Shown here: positions 43,803-54,754 of the stretch, piece by piece
Numbering within the stretch: position 1 is the first letter of the stretch
Layout of the letters: each line of letters starts with the position of its first letter
From: a virus
Virus record (IMG/VR): IMGVR_UViG_3300017917_000601
Coordinates: 1 to 64,000 of that record
Length of the DNA stretch: 64,000 nt
Strand: one strand, 5' to 3'
The notes under the pieces: model-generated
Databases searched by the model: none
The model's input: only the letters and a program-made list of their open reading frames with translations
Told to the model about the DNA's origin: nothing
Translations under genes and position numbers: made by a program

Positions 43803-45224
43803 TTATTTTCTTAAACTATCAATTTCAGCTTTTAATGATTTAACAGCTTCGATCAAATAAGCAGTAAGTCTGTTATAACAAACTCCATCTGGCTTACCGT
43901 CTTTTAACTGCACCAAGTTGGGTAAAACTTCGTAAACTTGTTCAGCAATAAGTCCTGCTTCGTTCTTATTATCTGAACCTGCTGTACGATCGTATGTAAC
44001 ACCGTTTAACATTAAAATCTTGTCTAGAGCATCCATAATTGGGTTAACATTCTCTTTGTAAGCAATACTTGAGTTTTCAGTAATTGTTCCAGAGAATGTA
44101 GCGTTACCGTTATTAGCCAGTGTTAATGCGTTAATACCGTTAGTTGACCAAGAGCCGCCAGATGCATTATTAGTTGCATTAACCCAAAATCTTAAAGAAC
44201 CACCAGTATTAGTATTACCAGCAACGATTTCGTTGTTACCGTTATTGCCTAATTGTAGTACGTTCCAGCTTAGGCCTGCTGAATAGCTATCGCTACTGTC
44301 ATATCTTGCCTTAATTGTGTTGCCGCTAGCTACAGTTAATGCGCCAGCAACACTAGTTGCACCGGTAATTGATGCTCCGCCACTTGCTACTGTTAGGCCG
44401 CCAGTGATGTTTGCACCACCAGTACTAACTGTTAACTGACCACCAATTGTGCTTGCCGCGCCAGTAAACAAGTTTCCACTAATACCAACGCCGCCAGTGA
44501 CTACTAACGTGCCAGAGGTAGAATTAGTTGCCGCGGTTCCTGCAGTAAATGTTGTTGCCGCATTAGATGTTAATGTAGTAAATGCACCAGTGCCGCGTGT
44601 GGTAGCACCAATGTTCATACCATTAATGTTACCTGCGGTTGCTGATGTAATAGTAATTGTACCAGCACCAGTTGTTGTGATACTTTGATTGTTAGTACCA
44701 GTGTCTAAGTTAACTGCACCGTTAGCGGCTAAAGTAGTAAATGCACCAGTGCCGCGTGTAGTAGCACCAATGTTCATTCTATTGATGTTACCAGCAGTTC
44801 CTGGGTTAATTGTAACAGTACCAGTTCCAGTTGGTTGGAAACTAAATGTTGCGTTTGTTCCATTAGCAGTAATATTACCTGTTACGGTTAAGTCTGAAAT
44901 GTTTGCCGCGCCACCGTTTTGACTTACAATAATATAATCAGTTCCATCAGAAGCTAGTGTAATACTAGTTCCTGTACCAACTGTTTGTGTGCTAGTTCCT
45001 GATGAGCCGTTGCCGCGAAATACACCACTCGGAGATGATAGAGTTATATTACCGCTGGCAGCATTGAAGAAACTTTGAGACACACCGCTAATTAAAGTTG
45101 GGTTAGGAACTGTAACTGTATAACTAGTTCCTGTAAACTTTGTAAAAACACCTTCACCCGGCGTAACTTGTGTAGTTGTCGTAGTGGTCGATGCTGTTTG
45201 TAGTACGGTATTATAACGTGCCAT
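43803..45224 (-). CDS. Tail fibre protein with C-terminal Peptidase_S74-type chaperone
   Basis: Thr/Gly-rich repeats; NSSIAYKENV...GVTY...GLIAEQV...YNRLTAYLIEAVKSL. Confidence 0.82.
   Translation of the reverse strand: MARYNTVLQTASTTTTTTQVTPGEGVFTKFTGTSYTVTVPNPTLISGVSQSFFNAASGNITLSSPSGVFRGNGSSGTSTQTVGTGTSITLASDGTDYIIVSQNGGAANISDLTVTGNITANGTNATFSFQPTGTGTVTINPGTAGNINRMNIGATTRGTGAFTTLAANGAVNLDTGTNNQSITTTGAGTITITSATAGNINGMNIGATTRGTGAFTTLTSNAATTFTAGTAATNSTSGTLVVTGGVGISGNLFTGAASTIGGQLTVSTGGANITGGLTVASGGASITGATSVAGALTVASGNTIKARYDSSDSYSAGLSWNVLQLGNNGNNEIVAGNTNTGGSLRFWVNATNNASGGSWSTNGINALTLANNGNATFSGTITENSSIAYKENVNPIMDALDKILMLNGVTYDRTAGSDNKNEAGLIAEQVYEVLPNLVQLKDGKPDGVCYNRLTAYLIEAVKSLKAEIDSLRK
44575..44777. 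repeat. 44-nt direct repeat (1 mismatch), 159-nt period
   Basis: 44575-44618 vs 44734-44777, encoding MNIGATTRGTGAFTT. Confidence 0.9.
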
Positions 45225-45245
45225 ATCTTATCTCTCTTTTTTCTA

Positions 45246-45578
45246 TTATGTAGTTGATGTTTCGATTCCGTAAACGTTAACGTTTACGCCGGCACCCGAT
45301 GACGATACTAGCACATATTTTCCAGCATCTAAAACTAGCCCTGTTCTTTCAAATACACCGTTTGGAACAATAGTTGTGCCCCATTCGATGAATTCACTTG
45401 AACCAGGTGAACTGCTTGATGTTGATAGTGCTAGTCTGATTGTCACAGACGAAGCCGATGTATTTGTAAAAGAAACGTTAAACACAGAGTAGTATCCAGC
45501 AGGTACAACATAAGCGTTTGTATATGTTGAAATGCTGCCTGATGATAACTGTGTTGTTCCTAGTCTTCCTGTTGCCAT
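45246..45578 (-). CDS. Small beta-rich virion protein
   Basis: Similar pattern to 62328-62666 (TN...IRL...PN...LVL.G); GGAG SD. Confidence 0.65.
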   Translation of the reverse strand: MATGRLGTTQLSSGSISTYTNAYVVPAGYYSVFNVSFTNTSASSVTIRLALSTSSSSPGSSEFIEWGTTIVPNGVFERTGLVLDAGKYVLVSSSGAGVNVNVYGIETSTT

Positions 45579-45597
45579 TTAAATTTCTCCAATAGTT

Positions 45598-48500
45598 TTA
45601 TCTTTGTCCAAAATACACTAGTGCGACAGGAGCCCCGTCGATGCCGCCTACAAAGTTCATTCTTGCTGTAACTTTAATTTCACCACCCGTTGTAGTAGTA
45701 ATTGTGTTATTAGCAATATAAATTTGTCCTGATGTAATTGTATTTACGTTTAGTGTACTCTGACCACCACCAATTTGTGCCGCAATATAGCTCTTGATAG
45801 CTTTCTGAGTAGGTATAACGTTATCGCTGTTAGCAGTAAAGTACGGGTCTGTACTAAACTGCGTAATAACCGCTGATCCAACGCCAATTGACACTGCACC
45901 AAGTTGCAATGATTGTAGACCTGCTAGGTTAAACGCACTAGCGTTCAATGTAGCAGTACCAGTTGCCTGCTGAACTCCAAACAAGTTACCAACGTTAAAG
46001 TTACCATCTTGGTCAGTACTTGTGAAGAACACGCGACCGCCAGCTGTAGCTAATTGTTGATTTGCTTGGATTGCAGTAGAAGCATCAACGTTTGGATAGT
46101 TTGTCTGAGTTTGATTACCAGTACCAATGTACAAGAAGTCATGACCAGTTAGTCGAACTTGGCTGTACTTCAATCTAGTAGTAATTACGTCGTCGTGCTC
46201 CGGTGCTAACGATGTTGTTAGGCCTGGGCTAATCTGGAATTGTGCAGTGTAGTTGCCGGCTGTGCCTAATACGTTTGTAACGGCAACTAGTTTATACCAA
46301 GTATTTGGAATACTTGCAAACTGAACGTTTGCACCCGGACTTGGTATAGTGAACAAGTTTGCCATGTTGATAAAGCTAGTATTTTGATAAGTATCAGCGT
46401 ATCCATCACCAGTTAGTGTTGCAGTAGCAGTGGCATTATTAACACCCCTATTACTGAAGCTTGGATTAGCCAATGCGCCATCGCCTGTTCTTACACGAAT
46501 CGGTGCTGTGACTACTTTGTTAGGATCAAACTGTGATACTATTGGGCTAGCTCTATAAACTCCAGATAATCCAGATCCGGTAGTTAGCGGTATAGAAGTA
46601 GAACTTCCAGAAACTGCACTAACTTTAAACGATGTGTTAGCAACAATACTACCAGAAATAATATAGTATGTTGTACCAGTAGCTAGTCCGTAGTCATCTA
46701 ATCCTTCAAAATCAATTGGTTGATTGTTGACTAAATTGGTTGTGTCGGCTACTGTAATTACATCAGTCGCAGAATCTGTAGCAGTTACTATACCCTTAGC
46801 GTACCCAGAACCTGGATCAATAATTCTAAATTCTTGAACTTTACCGCTTAAGGCTCTGATCCTTCCTTGGGTTCTAGCACCAGTTCTAATGCTCGATGCA
46901 ATAGTTCCACTAGTGTTAGAAATAGCAACCCATGTTGGTTGATTTCCAATTGCTGTCAGTAAAGGATTTCCAAATGCTAGAGCTTTCCAGTTAGTAGAAC
47001 TGCCTGGCATTGATTCTTGTTTCCAAGTAACTCCATCTGTACTAGTTGCACAAATGTTTTGACCGCTAGCGATTGCTATAAACAAACCTTGGCCGTACGC
47101 TACTTTAGACCAGTTTGCACTTAATGGCAGGCCGGCTGGTGATAAAATCCATGACACACCTTTGTTTATACTGTATGCAACTCTGCGGCCGCCTGTTTCA
47201 ATTGCAACAAATCTGCCATTTCCGTATGCGACACTCGACCATGTTGTGCTAGCAGGCAAATTACCCCCTGGCGCCCAAGTCACTCCGTTTGCAGATGTCG
47301 ATGTTACAACACCACCAGTTTGAATAGCAACAAATGTTCCGTTACCGTATGTAATGGCGCTGTAATTTCCAGCTGATAAACTAGCAATAGCTGAGGATCT
47401 GTTAATCCAAGTTACACCGTCAGTACTTGATACTGCGGTAGCTGTACCGCTATTTCCGCCCACCGCAACGTAAACACCGTTACCATATGTTATTGACTTT
47501 AGTGTTGTTTGACCTGTTGAGTTTGATGCTGACCATGCTGATCCTAAAGCTGCCACAGTTTGGTAAGAAGAATCAGTCGAACCGTCTGCAACTGCGACAA
47601 ATCTTGCACCAGTGTCAACAATAGTAACAGCAGGAACTGAGCTATATCCAACACCTCTGTTAGTTATAGTATACCCGCTAACACCATTGTTAGTTAGTGT
47701 TGCAGTAGCAGTAGCAAGTGTGCCCACGTAGCCCAACTGTGCACCATATGTTGCGGCTGAACCAATACCGTCAGTGAAGGTTGGGGGTGTAGCTGATAAT
47801 GTTCCAGAAGTAATAGCTACATAATAGTTGGTTTGATCTGGATTTGGTGCTGTATCTAGATAATAGATAAAATCACCAGGGTTAACACTTAACCCGTTGC
47901 CCCATGGGTTTGCACCTGCAACCGGTGGCTCTATAACTACACTAGGAGCACTGTAATAGTCTTGTCCCCAAGTGTTAGCAGTAATTACTGTAACTTGGTT
48001 AGTCTCAGCTGTAATTGAAGGTTGGCTAGTATAACCAGATCCGTTAATTAGCATTGAAACAGTTTGTATAGTTCCGTTTAGTACTGTGCATGTAGCTGTT
48101 GCACCTGTACCGCCGCCGCCCTGGATTTTAATTACAGGAGGAGTACTATATCCAAAGCCGCCGTTTAGGACGTTAATTGCTACAATTTGCGTAGCAGTAG
48201 TTCCAGTTCCAATTACTGCTTCAAATGTTGCACCCACACCACCGCGGCCACCAATAGTAACAGTAGCAGTAGCACCTTGTCCGCCGCCGTAAGTTATGTC
48301 AGACCAGTTTGCACTTGCTGGCAGAGCGCCGCCCGCGGTCCAAGATGTTCCATTAGAGCTGTAAGCTGTTCTAGTACTTGGGCCATTTGCAATAGCAACA
48401 TAATTTCCGTTTGCATACTTTACGGCATTCCACTGTGCGTTTGCTCCGGGCATAGTTCTTGCCGCAGAGTTAAAACCAGGAGCACTATAAGACACTCTAG

Positions 48501-51500
48501 GTTCTATAATATATGCAGTTGTTAAATCTAAATTATTAACAACAGCTCTACCAGGAATAACGTGATCCCATCCAGCTTCATATAAAGAAATAGTTTGTCC
48601 GCTAGTAGCTGTTAACCCAGTAACTGCTGATCCGCCAACTGTAGTTTTTAATGTAAATGTTGTTGCACTGTCAACAGACGCAACATAATAAACTGTGTTT
48701 GCGTTAAAGACTCCTGCTGTTGCGGCACTTAAAAATATTGGTTGATTTACATATAAGGTTGCTGTGCTGGCTACTTGCAATACTGTAGTAGTTGACCCAG
48801 TTACAGTCAATGGTGTAAAGCTGTCTTTGTAAACTTGAGCATCTTTACTACCGTTGTTATATGTTAAGATATTGGCATATTGGCCAACACCTGTACCAGC
48901 AGTAAGTTGAATTCTCATTCCAACATACGCACCGCTTAGTAGCGTATCAGTTGCGGCGATTGTAATATAACCAATTGCGCCGCCCTGTGCTACGTTTGCA
49001 TTTGTTACATAACTTGTACCGCCTTCGCCGTTGCCGTCATTAAGGTCTAAAAGTCTTGTTTCGAATACACCAGCATCTCTGTATTCGTCGCCAATTGCAA
49101 CAGCATTAAAACCAGAACCACTAATGTTATAAGATGCGTTAGAATAGTGTTTACCTGCGTTCCTGAATTCAAATCTGTAGATTTCGTTTTCAGCATCTGT
49201 TACTACGCTAGTAATAAACGCATCGAAGTATCTGTTATCTACAGTACCGTTAATTGGTTCTTCAAACGAATCAACACCTTCAGCGATAACACCGTACACA
49301 CCGTAAGAACTGTTACCGTTTGTAGCACGAATACGTCCACCTAGTTCTGCTAGATAACCAGCATAACCATAGTAGTTAAACACAGAAACAAGTTCTGTTA
49401 ATGAGTTGCTACCTGTACACCATACACCAATACCATCGCTGATAATAGTAGTATAGTCGTTAGCAACCATTGATCGATAGCCGCCTGCATGTAAGGCACC
49501 GTCAATCTTAGCACCAGTACATGCTGTACCAAACATTGTACAGTTTTGTGTATAGCATGAACGACTATCAATCCAAACATTAGAATCGTTAGGTCCAAAG
49601 CCCGGATCAAGTGAAGCGTATGCTCCAGCGGTTGGTCTTCTTGTACCGTAGGCATTTGGAGTTGTCAATGTTCCGGATAGACCAGTCATTGTAATATTTC
49701 TAATACCAGATCCGTTACGAACCAAGAACATGTTTTCGAGTTGAGATCCATCAACTGCGTTTACATATTGAATAACTGCTCTAGTTGACTTGTAGTTACC
49801 TAGGTAGTTTAGGTCATACGCTAGTGCTTTAACGTATGCTTGAGTATCTCTTAAGCACTTAGCTAAATCATACGCATAAGTTACTGTCATTGTACCAGTA
49901 CCGTCTAAGGTGATGTCAACTTCAATCGTTGATCCGCGCTGTGAAACAACAGTAAATGTTGAAGTTGTTGGAACTGTATAGACATAATAAGTCTGGCCAA
50001 TAGTAATTCCGCTACCGGTTATGTTTGTTCCGCTGAATACAATAGGATCGCCAACAGTTAAATTATGAGCAGAGCTTGTTGTAAATCTATTATTAGATGC
50101 TGTTGTACTTGTAACAGTACCACCAAATGTATTAGATACCCATGCTGCCGCTTCTCTAGCAATAAATTCAGAGTTGGCTTTAAGAACTTCTGCTCCTCGA
50201 ATTGTTTCTAGCACATTGTTATAAGAGATAGAACCATGGACTTCTGGAGTATGGTTTGCAGTTACAGACGCTGTCATACTTCCAACAGTGTTGTTGATTA
50301 CAAATGCAGATCCGCTCTTATAATTTTCAGTAATAGTTAGTGCGGTTGAAGTTTCTACTGTGTTAATCCAATATACTTTATTTGATACTAGGCCACCAGC
50401 TTTATTAATAACAGCAGTCATTGATCCTGTATCTGTTGCTAAAGTTACGGCAGTGCCTCCGTTAGTTAGGCTTATAGTTATAGTGCTACTGCTGGCTGTT
50501 TTAACATAATATAACTGGAATGGGATAATATTTCCCATAGTGTTGCCAGTAAAGTAAATTTGCTGTCCTGGAGAAATTCCAAGATTAGACACTGTATCAC
50601 TTAATGTAATTAAGTTGCCAGTAGCGTTTGTAGCACTAGCAGTTGCAGTGGTGTTAGCAGGTAGATTGCTGAATGTAATTGGCATATTAGCAACCATACC
50701 GCTTGTGCTAGTAACTGTTAATCTGTTAGTGCCTGTTGTTACAGAAGTTAGTGTAGTTGTTTTAACACCACGAATTCTAGCAATAATATCGCCAATGGCT
50801 ATCTGTAGTTGTGCTGTTGCGCCAGCGCCTGCGATCATCTTTGCTTTTTGTCCAACGAAGTTTAGAGCACCTAAAGTTGCTGACTTTTGATTATTAACGT
50901 TGTCAACAAGTCGTTGAGCAGATGCGTTTAGTCTATAGTAGGCTCTACCTGCTGATATAGAAGCAAAGTTACTGCCAAACACTAAGTCATCAGCCAATGC
51001 TTCTACAACTAATTGTGCATCTCTGTTTGTTAGACTAGAATCAATAGCTGAGTCTTGGAAGAACTTGTAAACCCATTGCTGTGCATCTGAACCAATTTCT
51101 GCTTTCTTACTTAATAGGAATGTTCTTGAAGCTTGTAAGCTGGAACTTGTGAGTGCAATAGCGGCTGTAGGTTCAATTTTTGCGTTTGCTACACCGTTGT
51201 TAATCCAATCAAGCACATCTTGCACACGGTCTTGAGCAAATGTGCCTGCGCCTGCATTACCAGTCGAACCTGCTGTAACCTGTAGTACAGTGTTACCTGC
51301 TGTTGGTGTAACTGATGTTCCTTGAACAATCTGTCCAATGATAGTTTTTAGTCTGCCAAGAGCCGCTGTAACTGCTTCAAGGTATGAATCTCTAATTTGA
51401 CGGATACCTAAAGAGTAGTAAGCACTGCCGTTTATTAAACTTTGAGTGTTGCCGCCGTAGGTCATATCATACTGTAGGCCGTCAAGCACAAAACTAACAT

Positions 51501-54500
51501 CGCGCACTGTTTCACTTTGATATAAGTCGCCAAATGCTGTCCAGATTGCATTATAGTTTACATTTAGATAAGCTGAAATTTCAGCTTTGATAAATTCATA
51601 GTTTTGTACAATCTGCGCTTTACCGTCACCGTATGTAGATAGGAATGAAGTATTATATCCTGTAACTGTTGGTAGAGCAAATGCTGGTACTCTGCTAGGA
51701 CCATTTGCAATAATATCTCTAATTAAAGAAATATTGTTTACCACTCTATCAGATGCTGTTACGCTTCCAACATTACCAGCTGGCAGTGTTGTAACTTGTG
51801 TAGCTGTATTTCCAACAGTCGGTGTTACAGAAACATTTGAAATAATGTCGGCAATGATAGAGTTAACTCTTCCCATTGCACTTGCTGATTTTTCTTTGTC
51901 TGTAGCTAAGTTAATATTAGCTGGCGCTGGAGAAATAGTAGTCGATCTTAATTCGTCGCCAACAATCGCAGTATTTCTTGGAAGTACTATTGGTAAAACT
52001 TCTGGGAAGCTGCCTGTCTTAACACTAATTGTAGTATTTCCAACAGTTGCCGCAGGAATAAAAGTAGTATTTCCGCCGTTAAGACCTTTAGTTACAATAG
52101 AAACTAAAGAAGTTACTAAACCAGTTGCACCAGTTTCAGCGGTTAATGATACATCAATTAACTGTCCTGCTTGATTTCCTAGTACAACACCATTTAGTGT
52201 TTGGTAGTTTGATGCAGGTGCTGTATTTTCTAATACATTGTTTGATACAGATACAAGATAGTTTAAAGCCGCAACAAATGGAGGAATGTCATATACGTCA
52301 ACACCAGTAACGTAAGACGTGCCTGCTTCGTTAAAGTAAGCTAAAGCGGCCTTAGTAGTATTTAAATTTCCACCGTGACCAATGTCGTAAATGATTGCAT
52401 CTAACACAATGCCAGCGTCTCTCTCAGTTTTAGATTCACTGTAAGAGAATGTTCCAGTATTAGCAGTTGAACTAGCAGTTAAATTCAATGTTGAACCGCT
52501 AGGTGTTGTTGAAATAGTAAATGTTGTATTGCTAACTATTGACTTAACATAGTAAGTTGTTCCAGCAGTGATTCCACCAGCTGATGCACTAAACACAATT
52601 GGCATGTTTGTGTACAAAATATCAGTGCTTGTAACTGTAATTTGATTAGGAATTACTGGATCAGTAGAAGCGGCTGTAGCACTTACAGTAACCTTATATG
52701 TATATTTTACATAGTTATTAACTTCTTTAAGAATAAATTGTTTATTCTTTGATAGTAATTCTTGAGCATTGATATTTCTATAGCCGTGTTCAATAATTTG
52801 GCAAGCATAATTGACGGTCTTCCAAGGCTTGTCCATAGTTGTGCCTTGCCCGTCGACTAGTGTGTCAACCCCGTTTGGAGCAACATATACTAGATTGTTA
52901 ATTTGTCCGTAGTATAACCACTCAGGTGCATTATCTTTAACACGTAAAACTTGGCCATCAGTGCCAATTGGTAGTCTTTGTGGGCCGTTAGCACCGTAGA
53001 AGAACATGTCTCCTTGTGTTGTTAGAACAGCAGATTCTGCACCACTGGCTAATAAGTTCCAATATTGTCCTGTTTGATCTGCATCTGGACGGTTTCCGCT
53101 AGCGGCTACGTGTGCGGCTACGCAGATGTAACTGTTAGCACCAAAGTAAACTGAGTCACCTAGAACATAAGTAACACCAGATTCCCAACTTACCGCATAG
53201 CCAGTATTTGAGACTGTTGTAATTGCAGTTGTGCTAACGCCAGTGACGGTGACTGTTAAGTCGTTTGCTGGACTTAAACCACCTAAGGCTGTTCCTAAGA
53301 TTTTAATCTTATCGTTAAGAGCATAACCAGATCCCTGTGCATTAACAGCAACAGTGTATGAAGTTCCAGTGACTGATACATTAAATGTTGCTGAAGATCC
53401 AGTACCTACTAAGTTTGTACCAGAAACCCCTGTGTAAGTCCTTGTAGAGCCTACCCATCTAATGCCAGAGTTAAGTCTCGACCAATAGGTTGAGAAAGGT
53501 GGTTTAGGATCTGTAGTGCCGGTCATTGTACCAGATGCAGTTGTTAATTCGAATGTTGCACCACCGGGGGCACTGCTGATTGTAAAGTGTGTTGAATCAA
53601 CAATAGTCTTTACATAGTATGTTGTACCCGAAACAATGTTTCCAAATGTAGTTCCTGAGAATACAATTGGTAGATTTGCTGTTAGAACATTAGTGTTGTC
53701 GCTGATTGTTATTTGATTTGGTCTGCTTAGGTCAACACCGACTGTTGTATTAGTTGCTGTTACAGTTTTTACAGAATTGTCAACTAATGCAAGATATGTG
53801 TATCCACCTAATCTTACAACACTACCGATTTTATAAGAAGTTCCGCTGTTCCAATCGCCTTGGAAATCAAAGCCTGTTGTAAAGGGTCTCCAATATGCTG
53901 TTGCAGTTACTGGATTCTGATTTGAATGATTTTGTAGGGCTGTATATGTGTTTCCGCCGTAGGTAACTAGATCACCTAGTTGATATTCTGTCGAGTCACT
54001 CCAGCTATTTTCAAATTCTAAACCGTTAACAAAAATCGAAAACTTTGTTAGATCAATAGATGTTCCTGTTGACTGATGTAGTGTTGTACAAATGTACAAG
54101 TTTGCTCCGAAAGAAACAATATCGTTAACTTTATATCTAACAGATGACCCGCTCCATGGGCCTTTATACTCAATGCCTGCATTAAACACGTCCCACTTAG
54201 CTAGATCAGCTTCAAGTCCGCCTGCTTCAGCAGTAGATGAAGCGTTTGAAATATGTGCAGTATTACAAACGTAGGTATAACCTCCCCAGGTTACAATATC
54301 TCTTACACGATATCTTGTACTAGTTGTCCAACTTCCTCTCCAGAAGGTATTGGCTGCTAGTACGTCCCACTTAGCTAGGTCAGCTTCAAGTCCTAAGAAT
54401 GTAGGACTTACGTTAGTTGCAGATGTGTGGTATTCGTTACATACGTAAACTGTGCCGCCATACACTACAACGTCACCTAAATTATAGGTAGTTGTTGGAG

Positions 54501-54717
54501 TCCAATCGCCTCTCCACTGTGTACCATCAGAAACTAAGTTCCATTTGGTAGGGTTAGCATCTAAGTCGGTTACAAATGTTGATGAAGCAGTATGGCTTAT
54601 TACACAAATATATGTTTTTCCGCCAACTGTTACTACGTCATCGACTACGTATGCTGTACCGTTTGCCCAAGCGCCTTGGTACACAAACTTAATTCTACCT
54701 AGTTTAAATTCTGCCAT
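45598..54717 (-). CDS. Giant (3039 aa) repeat-built tail/baseplate fibre protein
   Basis: W...Y..GD.V.YGG.TYVC repeats, beta-helix segment, TYYV..I...F.IS repeats, W..V.YGNG.FVA propeller-like repeats. Confidence 0.8.
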   Translation of the reverse strand: MAEFKLGRIKFVYQGAWANGTAYVVDDVVTVGGKTYICVISHTASSTFVTDLDANPTKWNLVSDGTQWRGDWTPTTTYNLGDVVVYGGTVYVCNEYHTSATNVSPTFLGLEADLAKWDVLAANTFWRGSWTTSTRYRVRDIVTWGGYTYVCNTAHISNASSTAEAGGLEADLAKWDVFNAGIEYKGPWSGSSVRYKVNDIVSFGANLYICTTLHQSTGTSIDLTKFSIFVNGLEFENSWSDSTEYQLGDLVTYGGNTYTALQNHSNQNPVTATAYWRPFTTGFDFQGDWNSGTSYKIGSVVRLGGYTYLALVDNSVKTVTATNTTVGVDLSRPNQITISDNTNVLTANLPIVFSGTTFGNIVSGTTYYVKTIVDSTHFTISSAPGGATFELTTASGTMTGTTDPKPPFSTYWSRLNSGIRWVGSTRTYTGVSGTNLVGTGSSATFNVSVTGTSYTVAVNAQGSGYALNDKIKILGTALGGLSPANDLTVTVTGVSTTAITTVSNTGYAVSWESGVTYVLGDSVYFGANSYICVAAHVAASGNRPDADQTGQYWNLLASGAESAVLTTQGDMFFYGANGPQRLPIGTDGQVLRVKDNAPEWLYYGQINNLVYVAPNGVDTLVDGQGTTMDKPWKTVNYACQIIEHGYRNINAQELLSKNKQFILKEVNNYVKYTYKVTVSATAASTDPVIPNQITVTSTDILYTNMPIVFSASAGGITAGTTYYVKSIVSNTTFTISTTPSGSTLNLTASSTANTGTFSYSESKTERDAGIVLDAIIYDIGHGGNLNTTKAALAYFNEAGTSYVTGVDVYDIPPFVAALNYLVSVSNNVLENTAPASNYQTLNGVVLGNQAGQLIDVSLTAETGATGLVTSLVSIVTKGLNGGNTTFIPAATVGNTTISVKTGSFPEVLPIVLPRNTAIVGDELRSTTISPAPANINLATDKEKSASAMGRVNSIIADIISNVSVTPTVGNTATQVTTLPAGNVGSVTASDRVVNNISLIRDIIANGPSRVPAFALPTVTGYNTSFLSTYGDGKAQIVQNYEFIKAEISAYLNVNYNAIWTAFGDLYQSETVRDVSFVLDGLQYDMTYGGNTQSLINGSAYYSLGIRQIRDSYLEAVTAALGRLKTIIGQIVQGTSVTPTAGNTVLQVTAGSTGNAGAGTFAQDRVQDVLDWINNGVANAKIEPTAAIALTSSSLQASRTFLLSKKAEIGSDAQQWVYKFFQDSAIDSSLTNRDAQLVVEALADDLVFGSNFASISAGRAYYRLNASAQRLVDNVNNQKSATLGALNFVGQKAKMIAGAGATAQLQIAIGDIIARIRGVKTTTLTSVTTGTNRLTVTSTSGMVANMPITFSNLPANTTATASATNATGNLITLSDTVSNLGISPGQQIYFTGNTMGNIIPFQLYYVKTASSSTITISLTNGGTAVTLATDTGSMTAVINKAGGLVSNKVYWINTVETSTALTITENYKSGSAFVINNTVGSMTASVTANHTPEVHGSISYNNVLETIRGAEVLKANSEFIAREAAAWVSNTFGGTVTSTTASNNRFTTSSAHNLTVGDPIVFSGTNITGSGITIGQTYYVYTVPTTSTFTVVSQRGSTIEVDITLDGTGTMTVTYAYDLAKCLRDTQAYVKALAYDLNYLGNYKSTRAVIQYVNAVDGSQLENMFLVRNGSGIRNITMTGLSGTLTTPNAYGTRRPTAGAYASLDPGFGPNDSNVWIDSRSCYTQNCTMFGTACTGAKIDGALHAGGYRSMVANDYTTIISDGIGVWCTGSNSLTELVSVFNYYGYAGYLAELGGRIRATNGNSSYGVYGVIAEGVDSFEEPINGTVDNRYFDAFITSVVTDAENEIYRFEFRNAGKHYSNASYNISGSGFNAVAIGDEYRDAGVFETRLLDLNDGNGEGGTSYVTNANVAQGGAIGYITIAATDTLLSGAYVGMRIQLTAGTGVGQYANILTYNNGSKDAQVYKDSFTPLTVTGSTTTVLQVASTATLYVNQPIFLSAATAGVFNANTVYYVASVDSATTFTLKTTVGGSAVTGLTATSGQTISLYEAGWDHVIPGRAVVNNLDLTTAYIIEPRVSYSAPGFNSAARTMPGANAQWNAVKYANGNYVAIANGPSTRTAYSSNGTSWTAGGALPASANWSDITYGGGQGATATVTIGGRGGVGATFEAVIGTGTTATQIVAINVLNGGFGYSTPPVIKIQGGGGTGATATCTVLNGTIQTVSMLINGSGYTSQPSITAETNQVTVITANTWGQDYYSAPSVVIEPPVAGANPWGNGLSVNPGDFIYYLDTAPNPDQTNYYVAITSGTLSATPPTFTDGIGSAATYGAQLGYVGTLATATATLTNNGVSGYTITNRGVGYSSVPAVTIVDTGARFVAVADGSTDSSYQTVAALGSAWSASNSTGQTTLKSITYGNGVYVAVGGNSGTATAVSSTDGVTWINRSSAIASLSAGNYSAITYGNGTFVAIQTGGVVTSTSANGVTWAPGGNLPASTTWSSVAYGNGRFVAIETGGRRVAYSINKGVSWILSPAGLPLSANWSKVAYGQGLFIAIASGQNICATSTDGVTWKQESMPGSSTNWKALAFGNPLLTAIGNQPTWVAISNTSGTIASSIRTGARTQGRIRALSGKVQEFRIIDPGSGYAKGIVTATDSATDVITVADTTNLVNNQPIDFEGLDDYGLATGTTYYIISGSIVANTSFKVSAVSGSSTSIPLTTGSGLSGVYRASPIVSQFDPNKVVTAPIRVRTGDGALANPSFSNRGVNNATATATLTGDGYADTYQNTSFINMANLFTIPSPGANVQFASIPNTWYKLVAVTNVLGTAGNYTAQFQISPGLTTSLAPEHDDVITTRLKYSQVRLTGHDFLYIGTGNQTQTNYPNVDASTAIQANQQLATAGGRVFFTSTDQDGNFNVGNLFGVQQATGTATLNASAFNLAGLQSLQLGAVSIGVGSAVITQFSTDPYFTANSDNVIPTQKAIKSYIAAQIGGGQSTLNVNTITSGQIYIANNTITTTTGGEIKVTARMNFVGGIDGAPVALVYFGQR

Positions 54718-54737
54718 TTTATATCATCCTCTGATAG

Positions 54738-54745
54738 TATTTATC
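54738..54745 (-). promoter_or_regulatory. Late promoter GATAAATA for the 3039-aa gene
   Basis: Followed by GAGGA SD and ATG at 54717. Confidence 0.6.
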
Positions 54746-54754
54746 TTTATTAGA

